A DNA stretch of 64,000 nucleotides from positions 1 through 64,000 of the forward strand of contig JBGSUI010000147.1 of the NCBI GenBank assembly GCA_041736175.1. The letters are read 5' to 3'. Position numbers and translations under genes: made by a program. The notes under the pieces are model-generated. The model ran no database searches, was not told the origin of the DNA, and saw only the letters and a list, made by a program, of their open reading frames with translations. This stretch comes from Oligoflexales bacterium. GTDB lineage: Bacteria; Bdellovibrionota_B; Oligoflexia; Oligoflexales; CAIYRB01. Shown piece after piece: positions 26,811-35,049 of this stretch; within the stretch, counting starts at the first letter, position 1, and each line of letters begins with the position of its first letter.

Positions 26811-27680
26811 TTATTCCCGCTTAAAATCCTTTCCAAGTTCATTAAGATCATGTTTCCAGGGAAAACCTGGAAAGGCAACTTCTTCATCGCTTCCATTAGT
26901 ATTTCGGACGACCTGAGCAGGGGCCGAGTTAATAACTATTTCATTTAGTTGAATTTCGGGCACAATGGTGGCTGCTGCAGTCTCAAGGGGTTTTATCAAG
27001 CGCGCCATATATACAGCGTTGCGAATACAAACGCGGGAGATAACAGCCGTCAAAAATACAAAAAGTACTGCATAAAGATATAGACATGTCACTAATGCCC
27101 ATTCAAGTTCACCCCAAGGACGAGGAGGTAATAGGTTGTCATATGGATTGCCAGAGAGCGACAGCTGATTAGGTTGAGGATCCATCTTGGCAGCGATGTT
27201 TTGGGCAATGGTATTATAAAAACGATAGAAAAACTGGATAAATTTGACTTGATCCATAGCCAAAATAGGGTTACTGCCTAAGTCCTTAAACGTGCAACCC
27301 TTTTCCGCGCAATGGATTTGGATCTTGAAAGTAGGGCTTTTGTTGTTTTTGAAATCGGGGGACCAAGATGCATCTATGTCAATACTTTTGGCATTTTTCA
27401 ATTCATTAGGCAGACTGATTGAGATTTTTGACGTACCGTCAGATCCTTCTTGTACGGTCCTTTTTCCGTCTACTGAAAAGGACGCCAAACTAATCGGCTG
27501 CATCTTTAAACCAGTCGATGTAGTTGTTGATGATGGGTTAGATGGTGAAGACTCAGCGGGTGTACTGTCATTTGAGTTTTTTGCGCTTTGGGAGTATTTT
27601 GGATTACATCCAGTTGCAAGTGCACCAATCAACGAGCCAATTAAGGTATAACCTAACACTGTTTTAATGAAGAAAGACAT
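26811..27680 (-). CDS. Hypothetical lipoprotein, paralog A (internal hydrophobic segment)
   Basis: ATG 27680 follows TGGAGA. MSFFIKTVLGYTLIGSLIGALATGC lipobox. Paralogous to 27890..28735. Confidence 0.8.
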   Translation of the reverse strand: MSFFIKTVLGYTLIGSLIGALATGCNPKYSQSAKNSNDSTPAESSPSNPSSTTTSTGLKMQPISLASFSVDGKRTVQEGSDGTSKISISLPNELKNAKSIDIDASWSPDFKNNKSPTFKIQIHCAEKGCTFKDLGSNPILAMDQVKFIQFFYRFYNTIAQNIAAKMDPQPNQLSLSGNPYDNLLPPRPWGELEWALVTCLYLYAVLFVFLTAVISRVCIRNAVYMARLIKPLETAAATIVPEIQLNEIVINSAPAQVVRNTNGSDEEVAFPGFPWKHDLNELGKDFKRE

Positions 27681-27731
27681 AGAACATCTCCATGGTAAGA
27701 ATAAGGATAAATATACGCACCAAAATACACA

Positions 27732-27746
27732 GCAAGTTTTGTACCA
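27732..27746 (-). promoter_or_regulatory. Putative sigma54 -24/-12 promoter
   Basis: Minus strand TGGTAC-AAAAC-TTGC. Confidence 0.6.
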
Positions 27747-27823
27747 AAATAAAAAATTGTTTGAACTGATCCGTTTAATGAGAGCCATCCAGTCTAGAGG
27801 ACCTGTTTAGACAACTTTCATTG

Positions 27824-27838
27824 TGGCCCAAAATTTGC
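27824..27838 (+). promoter_or_regulatory. Putative sigma54 -24/-12 promoter
   Basis: TGGCCC-AAAAT-TTGC, at the same distance from its ATG as the motif of paralog A. Confidence 0.6.
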
Positions 27839-27889
27839 TGTGTATTTTGGTGTATATATTTATCCTTAATCTTAAAGTGGAGATTACCT

Positions 27890-28735
27890 ATGTCTTTCGT
27901 CGTTAAAACAGTGTTAGGTTATACCTTAATTGGCTCGTTGATTGGCGCACTTGCAACTGGATGTAATCCAAAATACTCCCAAAGCGCAAAAAACTCAAAT
28001 GACAGTAAACCCGCTGAGTCTGCACCATCTACTAACCCATCGTCAACATCTCCATCGACTGGTTTAAAGATACAGCCGATTAGTTGGACGTCTTCTTCAG
28101 TAGACGGAAAAAGGACCGTACAAGAAGGATCTGACGGCACGTCAAAAATCACCATCAGTCTGCCTACTGAATTGAAAAATGCCAAAAGTATAGACATAGA
28201 TGTATCTTGGTCCCCCGATTTCAAAAACAACAAAGGCCCTACTTTCAAGATACAAGTCTATTGCGGGGAAAAGGGTTGCACGCTTAAGAACCCTATTTCG
28301 GCTAAGGATACAGCAAAATTTGTGGATTTTTTCTTTCGGTTTTTGAATACCATTGCCAAAAACATTGCTGCCAATAATTCGGATCAGTCACTTCAGCAGC
28401 TGTCGCTAACTTCAGATTTCGAACCATATTGGACTAGGGAACAAGCTATTGTTAATATTACAAGTTATGCTGTTGTCCATTTAGTTTGTGCATTCTTGTT
28501 GGTTTTTAGCGCCCGCCTTTGTGCTCGCAATTTTAGAGATCTGAGCCGCTTGAGAGAATCCCTTCGGATCGCAGCCCCCCATGTGCCCGAGACTCAACTA
28601 AACGAAATTGCGAGTCATTCGGTCCCTCCTGTGGTCGTCCAAATTGCTAATGGAAGCAATGAAGAACTTGACTTTCCAGGTTTTCCCTGGAAACGTAATC
28701 CTGATGAACTCGCAAAGGCTTTAAGGAAGCCTTAA
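27890..28735 (+). CDS. Hypothetical lipoprotein, paralog B (internal hydrophobic segment)
   Basis: ATG 27890 follows TGGAGA. MSFVVKTVLGYTLIGSLIGALATGC lipobox. Confidence 0.8.
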   Translation: MSFVVKTVLGYTLIGSLIGALATGCNPKYSQSAKNSNDSKPAESAPSTNPSSTSPSTGLKIQPISWTSSSVDGKRTVQEGSDGTSKITISLPTELKNAKSIDIDVSWSPDFKNNKGPTFKIQVYCGEKGCTLKNPISAKDTAKFVDFFFRFLNTIAKNIAANNSDQSLQQLSLTSDFEPYWTREQAIVNITSYAVVHLVCAFLLVFSARLCARNFRDLSRLRESLRIAAPHVPETQLNEIASHSVPPVVVQIANGSNEELDFPGFPWKRNPDELAKALRKP

Positions 28736-28937
28736 CATTAATACAACTGCCACCGTTAAGGCCTTGTCTGGAGAGCGAAAATTAAAACGGTAGCCGAGGC
28801 TTTTTTTGCCTTCGGGGACATGGGGACCTTGCTATCTGGGTCATGTTGGCATAGAGGCCCCCCGCCCAGGCACCACTGAGATTTGTGCAGGAGCTTTTCG
28901 TTTGCGAATGTGCACTCTGAAGGATTCGACTCGTCAC

Positions 28938-30308
28938 TTATCTGCCACGACGGGCGGTATCTGCGGACCGCTTCTTTGCGGCCGACGCAGGAATATACCG
29001 CGTCCCACGACCGGTTCCTGTTCTCTTTACGACCCCTTTTGCAATCATGCGATTAAAAGCCGTGGTTATAGTATTACGACTTGCCACGACCCGTGGGCGC
29101 ACATCAGCAATTGATAAAATGGGCTTTTCCTGAAGCAATTTTTCAATTGCGCTTTCTATATCAATGGTTTGAATGACCGTTTCAAATCGAAAGGTGACTT
29201 TTACATAATCACCATCCTCAGAAAATTCTGGTCTGTTTAAATTATAATCATCACAGAGTGAAAGCATCAATCGAATGCCACTCCCCATTTTTTCCACTAG
29301 GCCGGCCTTTCGCGCGAATTTGACCAGGAGAGAGTTTCTCAAATAGGTGCTGCCGTCTCCAACGTTTTTCGGCGAGATAGGCCCAGGAAAGGAGCCTGGA
29401 CTCAAGATTTCCAAGTAATCTTGATAAATAGAGATTTTAATAGGTCCAGGAAGTGTATATTTTCGATGGAGGAGAGCATTTGTAATGGCTTCTCTTAGAG
29501 CGAGAGTCGGGACCAGGGGATTGCCTTTAGTACGGATCGTGGCGTAGTTATCTTTTCGTTCCGCCCACTTCTCAGTTAATCGCACAGCTTCATCGATCAA
29601 ATCGGGAATGCTTCCCTTAAGCTCTCTAGTTTGGACGACATTTCGTCCTGTAGGACCCGTAAATTGAGTGCAGATGATCTGAGCTTCGGGGATAAACCGT
29701 TCAGGTTGCTGATGAAACATCAACACTGCGGCTTTTGTTGGTCGCATTTGGTCTTTATCCCCACGAACAAAAATCTGCTCTTTAAGTTGCAAATCTTGAG
29801 TCAGATTTTTTCGATAAACCCGCTGTAGAAGCTGAGCATTCAAAGATTTAGGCAATGCTTCACAAGGTTCGTGGTCAAAAGCTATGCGGCTTTGTTCTCT
29901 TAGCAGTTCCTCGATATATTCTTGGGTGGCCGCTCGGGTTGTTGAGCCGATGCGAATGTAGACCCCTTTTTTGCCTCCCTCGCTTTTAATGAAATAAGGC
30001 TTCTTGGCACCAGGGTAGATTCTTATAATAACGAGGTTCACACCTTCGAAATTTCGTACAAAAAGCTCAGGAATGATCACGGGGGTCACAGCTTCATAGA
30101 GTGCATCGGAAAACGATTCGTAAATCTCTTCGATCTCTTTATCTGTGACTCCAATAATTTTACGGGTGCCGTCCTCGACGCCAATCATGATGTCCCCACC
30201 ACAGCCATTTGCAAACGCCACGCAAGTCCTTATGAGACTGTGAATTTTTGGCGTTTTTAAGTAAAACTCCAGGCTCTTTGATTCCTGCTCTTTGTAAATC
30301 CGACTCAA
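28938..30308 (-). CDS. AlbA_2 (Schlafen-like) + HATPase_c_4 + winged-HTH ATP-binding protein
   Basis: ESKSLEF, CVAFANGCGGDIMIGVED, ALREAITNALLHRKY, LRNSLL...LVEKMGSGI, C-terminal RTGTGRGTRY. Confidence 0.88.
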   Translation of the reverse strand: MSRIYKEQESKSLEFYLKTPKIHSLIRTCVAFANGCGGDIMIGVEDGTRKIIGVTDKEIEEIYESFSDALYEAVTPVIIPELFVRNFEGVNLVIIRIYPGAKKPYFIKSEGGKKGVYIRIGSTTRAATQEYIEELLREQSRIAFDHEPCEALPKSLNAQLLQRVYRKNLTQDLQLKEQIFVRGDKDQMRPTKAAVLMFHQQPERFIPEAQIICTQFTGPTGRNVVQTRELKGSIPDLIDEAVRLTEKWAERKDNYATIRTKGNPLVPTLALREAITNALLHRKYTLPGPIKISIYQDYLEILSPGSFPGPISPKNVGDGSTYLRNSLLVKFARKAGLVEKMGSGIRLMLSLCDDYNLNRPEFSEDGDYVKVTFRFETVIQTIDIESAIEKLLQEKPILSIADVRPRVVASRNTITTAFNRMIAKGVVKRTGTGRGTRYIPASAAKKRSADTARRGR

Positions 30309-30364
30309 AGGTTCCTCCTCAAGCTCGTACTTTGAAAAATGATGGCGTGGTAATCATTGCACAT

Positions 30365-30403
30365 ATTGCATCATGACTCAAGTCATTGCATCATGACTCA
30401 AGT
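30365..30403. repeat. Tandem direct repeat, 20-bp period, upstream of the AlbA_2 gene
   Basis: ATTGCATCATGACTCAAGT occurs at 30365 and 30385. Confidence 0.85.
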
Positions 30404-30888
30404 TTTCCCACTCAGGCTCAGGAATCAACGGAACCAGATAATCAGGATTTGTCGCAGACTCTATTGACCTGATATTTTCTAACAGAGGAGAAGACTATCA
30501 TGATTCATGATGCCATTTAAAACTCCATTGAAAGCTCTATACAAGGCGCCAAAGCCCAAACTCCAGAAGCACCGCCAGGGGGCTAGCCGCGGGGGCTCCG
30601 ACCGGCCGAGGGGCAGAGGATAGGGGCTGTTGCCTGAGAATTGAGAGGCTTTTGAATACAACCCATTAAAATTGTACAGAAAGCCATCAGGATACTGAGG
30701 ACCGCGACAAAACCACGATTCCATTTCTGTAAACGTAGCGAACCCGGGCTGTTGCTTAAGAGAGCGTTATTCGCTGATTTAACGGCACCGCCATTGGCCT
30801 CCTGGAACTTAATGCCAAAGACTGAAAAAAATTTGAACGGGGTGGCATTCTTTCCTTTGAACCAAATCAGGAGTCGTTAAAGGTAGCA

Positions 30889-32214
30889 TTAGTTGCCCTG
30901 AGCATCAGTGCCCTTAAGAATCTTTCGTTTCGTATCAGGGAGTTTATACAACGGAGTTAGATTGGAGGTATAGTTATCACCTAACAAGGCGACGAGTTGT
31001 AGGACAACATTTGTAAACTCGTTATTGTTAGAGATCATCGCAGCCTCTTTCAAGTAGTCAATTCCTTTTAAAAAATTCTCATCTTGTAGCATTCTTCCTA
31101 CGAGGTTTGGCTCAGTATCGCCCGAAAATGCGTATCTGAAGCTACCAAAGTCAATAAAAATATCTTCTCCACCTCTATTACGATCTTTTTTGAAGTAGAT
31201 CACAGCACCATCTTTAAATTGTATTTTGTTTCTGATGCTCAGAGACCAATAGGAAGTTCCTTTTAGGACATTTTTATCTATATTTGATGGTTGTAAGCTC
31301 TTGGGGTAATTTAAGGTGACTTCCGTATCCTGTTCTTTGAAAACGCTTGTATTGCTATTCAAATATTTTTTAGTGAAAATATTCATGTGCTTCCAGTAAT
31401 CGTCCATCTTTAACCTTTGTAAAGTCCATGCTTCTGGGCTGCCATTCAGTACGGAATTGATGAATTCAGCGATCTGAGGGGCGTCAACGCGATTGTATAT
31501 CTTATATTTTTTATTGTGTGCCCCGAAAAGGATGCCAGTTATTTCCCCAAATTCATTAAGTAATGGACTGCCTGAGTCACCTCGTCTGGTACTAGCAAGT
31601 TTTTCATTGCCAACAAATTCAGTGATATATAGATAAAAATTATCAATTTCGGCGACCCTGTTAATTCCCATATAGCGTTTTGCTTCAAAAAAAAGATTTT
31701 TTAAAAGGCCGTTTTGACAAATTAAGGTATCGGTCAATCCGTAACCAATGAGATACACTAGGTCACCAATTTTGGCGGTTTTACGAGCAATTTTGCCGAT
31801 CGAATGGCCGGCAAAGGAGCCTTTAGGAAAAACAACAAAGGCAAGGTCATGTTGCCACTTTCCAGGCTCAGTGGGAAAAGTTAGGAAGTAAGACGACGAC
31901 AGCTTTTTATTAGAAAACGGGGTGCCTACACGATCCCAGACGATTACCTTAGCCACGTCAGATACACAATGGTTTGCCGTCAGAACTAAGTCGTCTCGAA
32001 CAATCGTCCCAGTGCAGGTACCCGCCGCAGATTTGTCCACATTGTCAGCGAATGTTTTAAGTCCAATCACTTCCAAAAACTTCGTGTCGTCCTCATGACC
32101 ACCAGCTACATTGACATTGGTGTCAGATTTTTTGCCATTGTCAGTGCAAGAAATGCCAAGAAAATTAATGGCTATAAATGAATTAAAAAGTGTTGTACGA
32201 AAAATGGCACTCAT
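30889..32214 (-). CDS. Trypsin-like (S1) serine protease lipoprotein with unknown C-terminal domain
   Basis: Lipobox-like GISC. Catalytic triad motifs LTANHC, HDLA, GDSGSP. ATG 32214 follows TGGAG. Confidence 0.85.
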   Translation of the reverse strand: MSAIFRTTLFNSFIAINFLGISCTDNGKKSDTNVNVAGGHEDDTKFLEVIGLKTFADNVDKSAAGTCTGTIVRDDLVLTANHCVSDVAKVIVWDRVGTPFSNKKLSSSYFLTFPTEPGKWQHDLAFVVFPKGSFAGHSIGKIARKTAKIGDLVYLIGYGLTDTLICQNGLLKNLFFEAKRYMGINRVAEIDNFYLYITEFVGNEKLASTRRGDSGSPLLNEFGEITGILFGAHNKKYKIYNRVDAPQIAEFINSVLNGSPEAWTLQRLKMDDYWKHMNIFTKKYLNSNTSVFKEQDTEVTLNYPKSLQPSNIDKNVLKGTSYWSLSIRNKIQFKDGAVIYFKKDRNRGGEDIFIDFGSFRYAFSGDTEPNLVGRMLQDENFLKGIDYLKEAAMISNNNEFTNVVLQLVALLGDNYTSNLTPLYKLPDTKRKILKGTDAQGN

Positions 32215-32265
32215 ATTTAAAGCTCCACAACAAATGTTTAACCAAAGTCTCATGTTTATTTATAA

Positions 32266-32280
32266 GCAAAAATTATGCCA
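32266..32280 (-). promoter_or_regulatory. Putative sigma54 -24/-12 promoter
   Basis: Minus strand TGGCAT-AATTT-TTGC, about 50 nt upstream of ATG 32214. Confidence 0.62.
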
Positions 32281-32489
32281 AAAAAAATCTTCGCTTTAAA
32301 TAAGATTAAGGCTGATTTGCTCAAAATGGGATAATTTTTTTAGGACTCTATAGATTACGCCCGCACTAAGACCCAAACCTGGCAAAGGGTTCTCAGCAGT
32401 AGGCCAATTGTCTGATCAAATCCATGCTTTCAGTATGTTGCAGCACTTTTTAAACTTTTAAAAAATACCGATAAGCTCCTTATTTTAGG

Positions 32490-32520
32490 AGAGTAGACCG
32501 GAGGAATTTCACCTCCAGCC
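32490..32520 (-). mobile_element. Group II intron 3'-end remnant (domain VI-like)
   Basis: Minus strand GGCTGGAGGTGAAATTCCTCCGGTCTACTCT forms a hairpin with a GTGAAATTCC apex followed by CTACTC. No domain V or RT ORF nearby. Confidence 0.55.
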
Positions 32521-32748
32521 GCGAGGTCTTTACGGTTGCGAGCCTCGCTCATGAGAGGCACCCCGAGATGGGCAGCAATGGCACTAATTGTCTGCGTTCA
32601 GCTCTCCGATTGAATATTTCGTGCGATTGCTACAATCTAAACCTTATCCGCCAGCGATATCTGAGCTAGCATTCAGGTAGCCCTCTCGTCTTATTTGTTT
32701 TGTTCTAGGACACTGACTCGCGCTTTTAAAATAGACGTTCTCAAAGGT

Positions 32749-32838
32749 ATGGACTCATCGCGAACACCACAAGATCCCAATCATGATGCCTTTTTCAAAT
32801 CCGCTAGGTTGATGTCCAGATCAAATGCTAAAAGGTAA
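32749..32838 (+). pseudogene. N-terminal fragment resembling Rpn/YhgA-like (Transposase_31) nuclease
   Basis: AAAGGT-ATG, then MDSSRTPQDPNHDAFFKS... HDAFFK is the characteristic Rpn N-terminal motif. Stops after 29 codons. Confidence 0.5.
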
Positions 32839-33114
32839 CGCTCCGTCTGATTCATCAGCACCCCTTCCAGAGTTGCCGTTGAGAGAGCCGTCTCGGCTAA
32901 GACCGGGGCAGAGCAGGCAATAGAATATTCCATCCAAGGTACTAGGTTTCAAGAATATTTGAGACTTTGTTTTTAAAAAAACTTCAACCATACTCTTGAC
33001 TAGTTTTCTTTCACTATGTACCTTACTGACCAGTTAGGAGTCGCGTCAAAAAGTTAATGAGCAATATACTCAGAACAAAACCAACAGCAGACCAAAAAAT
33101 GGTAAAAGCCTTTC

Positions 33115-33690
33115 ATGAGCCTCAAAGAAATAATCCCTGAAAAAATTGATGCTAGGTTGATAATCGATTTTTCAAAAGATGATAGCATTGTCGTCCTCAA
33201 GGACTCGTTAGCTCGTCACACTGATGATATCGAGAAGCTTCTAAATGCAGATTTATATTTCCCGGCCTTTGTGTCACTCATGAGTGCTATAGAAATCTAT
33301 TTCAAAATACACCTAACTATTTTCTGTTTCCTTCACACGAAGAATCTATCCCCTTTCAAGAGAAAACAAATCGAGATTCTTACAGGTGATACAAAGCTTC
33401 TCAATAATTTTCAATATTCAGTTAAATCAAGATATAGCCACAACTTAATAGCAATGATAGAAGACCTAAGTGTCTTAATCGAAGAAAAACCAATTGATTT
33501 GATAATTCTAAAATCTTCCGTTGCAAAGCTCACTGGATATGACTGGGTGAACAAGCGCTATGATACTGAGAGCATTTCCATTGAAAATGGAAAAATAAAT
33601 GAAACCAACGAATCATTTAAAAACTTCACCAAATGGATGGAGAAAAACCAACTTGATATCCTTGATAAAGTTAGGACTCAACCACCATGA
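33115..33690 (+). CDS. HEPN-like domain protein
   Basis: AIEIYFK, YSHNLIAM and WVNKRY follow the E..K / H.L / RY pattern of HEPN domains. AT-rich. Confidence 0.55.
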   Translation: MSLKEIIPEKIDARLIIDFSKDDSIVVLKDSLARHTDDIEKLLNADLYFPAFVSLMSAIEIYFKIHLTIFCFLHTKNLSPFKRKQIEILTGDTKLLNNFQYSVKSRYSHNLIAMIEDLSVLIEEKPIDLIILKSSVAKLTGYDWVNKRYDTESISIENGKINETNESFKNFTKWMEKNQLDILDKVRTQPP

Positions 33691-34289
33691 GCATAAAAAC
33701 TGACACCACTGCTACAATTTACAGAGACGACCCTCAATATATTGATGGATACGGAACCCCTGGTATTCAGCTTAACTCCAATGATGCCTACGTTGAAATT
33801 GAAGGAATTCCGTTTGATGAAATATTGGAAAAAACCCAATTTGAGCTAAAGTGCATCGAACGCAGAAAAAATGGGATTCCAATCTTACCAATAAGGGAAG
33901 AACTAGGACTAGACTTCAAATATATGATGGCCTATGGGTTTTTGTTTCCATTATTAAATGTAGAAATAGAAAGCCGTAAGGATAAAATTTTTAAATTAAC
34001 TCTTGAATTTGATCCTGCAGAAATCAGCAACAGAGTTATGATATATGTACCGCTCACTGCTCGTCACTTAGGCAGCAATCGAATTGAACTGGAGCGACCT
34101 TATGAGCGCGAAATGCCAAAACCTTTCTGTCTTCGAGGAAAACATACTCAAGGCGAAAGAATTTTAGAGCTTAATCGAGAATCAATCCATTCATCTTTTT
34201 TTAAGTTAGTTAGTAAAGATGTAAAACTGAAAGAGAATGAAAGGGTCCAAGTTTTGACTAATTGGAATCCCTCAGCGATTCGAAGGTAG
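33687..34289 (+). CDS. Hypothetical protein, translationally coupled to the HEPN-like gene
   Basis: 200-aa ORF in AT-rich DNA. ATGA overlap with the upstream stop. Confidence 0.75.
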   Translation: MSIKTDTTATIYRDDPQYIDGYGTPGIQLNSNDAYVEIEGIPFDEILEKTQFELKCIERRKNGIPILPIREELGLDFKYMMAYGFLFPLLNVEIESRKDKIFKLTLEFDPAEISNRVMIYVPLTARHLGSNRIELERPYEREMPKPFCLRGKHTQGERILELNRESIHSSFFKLVSKDVKLKENERVQVLTNWNPSAIRR

Positions 34290-34536
34290 GAAATTCAATG
34301 CTTTTTGCCTTTATGAAATTTTGTTTTAAATTTCGGATATAGCAAATAGTACTTCTCTGGAGCTCTTAAGGAATACTTTTTAGGGGCACCTGAACTTAAC
34401 TTTTCGAGTGAGTCGGAAGGTACCAAGTCAGATAATGTGACTGGAGCATCCATACCAAAAATGAAGAGGCTAATTGGTTTTTATCAGACCATCGGATTTT
34501 CCAAAAAGACATCGTTTCTCAATGAAAGGGTTTAAG

Positions 34537-34895
34537 TTGAGTCAATATGTTGATGGCTATTTAATACCAATCAAAAAGAAAAACGTAAAAGCATATATGA
34601 AAATGGCCACCCTGGGATGCAAACTATGGATGGAGCACGGGTCCCTTGACTACTATGAATGCATCGGGATGATTTAAATGTAAAATGGGGTCATACTTTT
34701 CCAAAGATGTGTAAACCTAAAAAAGATTGTACGTTGGTTTTTGCGTTCGTTGTCTTTAAATCTAAAAAACATAGAGCTTTTGTGAACGCTAAGGTTCATA
34801 AAGACCCTCGTATGAATATGAGTGGAATGAAAATGCCATTTGAAATGAAGCGATTTTCAATGAGTGGATTTAAGGCTATCGTTTGTGCCAACTAG
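34537..34895 (+). pseudogene. DUF1428 (YbaA-like) gene split by a 1-nt frameshift
   Basis: YVDGYLIPI...WMEHGSLDYYECIG in one frame and DDL...TFPK...VFAFVVFKSKKHR..VNAKV.KDPRM...MPFEMKR...GF in the next. The shift is at GGG 34666-34668. Confidence 0.85.
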
Positions 34896-35049
34896 ATCGC
34901 ATTTTGAAACTGAAATTGTGCTGTCATTTGAGGTACTCTAAATCCCCGACAGCACCTTCCAGGATAGTGATTCACGAGCTGTAGACTCCTCAAAAAAAAT
35001 TTAAGAAGTTCCGCCGGAAAGGTCGTTTGCTTTGCTCATAGATTATGGT

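Larger units (their letters stand above)
26811..28735. repeat. Long imperfect inverted repeat formed by head-to-head duplicated genes plus their promoters
   Basis: About 27290-27750 is nearly the reverse complement of about 27821-28285. Similarity resumes near both 3' ends (QLNEI...NGS.EE..FPGFPWK). Confidence 0.92.

Noticed and set aside
27681..27889. Cys/Trp-rich N-terminal extensions of the two lipoprotein ORFs
   Set aside because: These stretches contain the promoter and SD motifs. The lipoprotein signals begin at the downstream ATGs.
30365..30403. CRISPR array (also considered for 55298-55360)
   Set aside because: The repeats are directly adjacent with no unique spacers, and there are no cas genes.
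30420..30880. Short ORFs and a repeated GGGCTGTTGC as possible IS ends
   Set aside because: No transposase similarity or matching inverted partner could be seen.
32451..32474. FliA-like motif TAAACTTT...ACCGATAA (similar motif near 49610-49634)
   Set aside because: The spacing between the boxes is 2-3 nt shorter than the sigma28 consensus.
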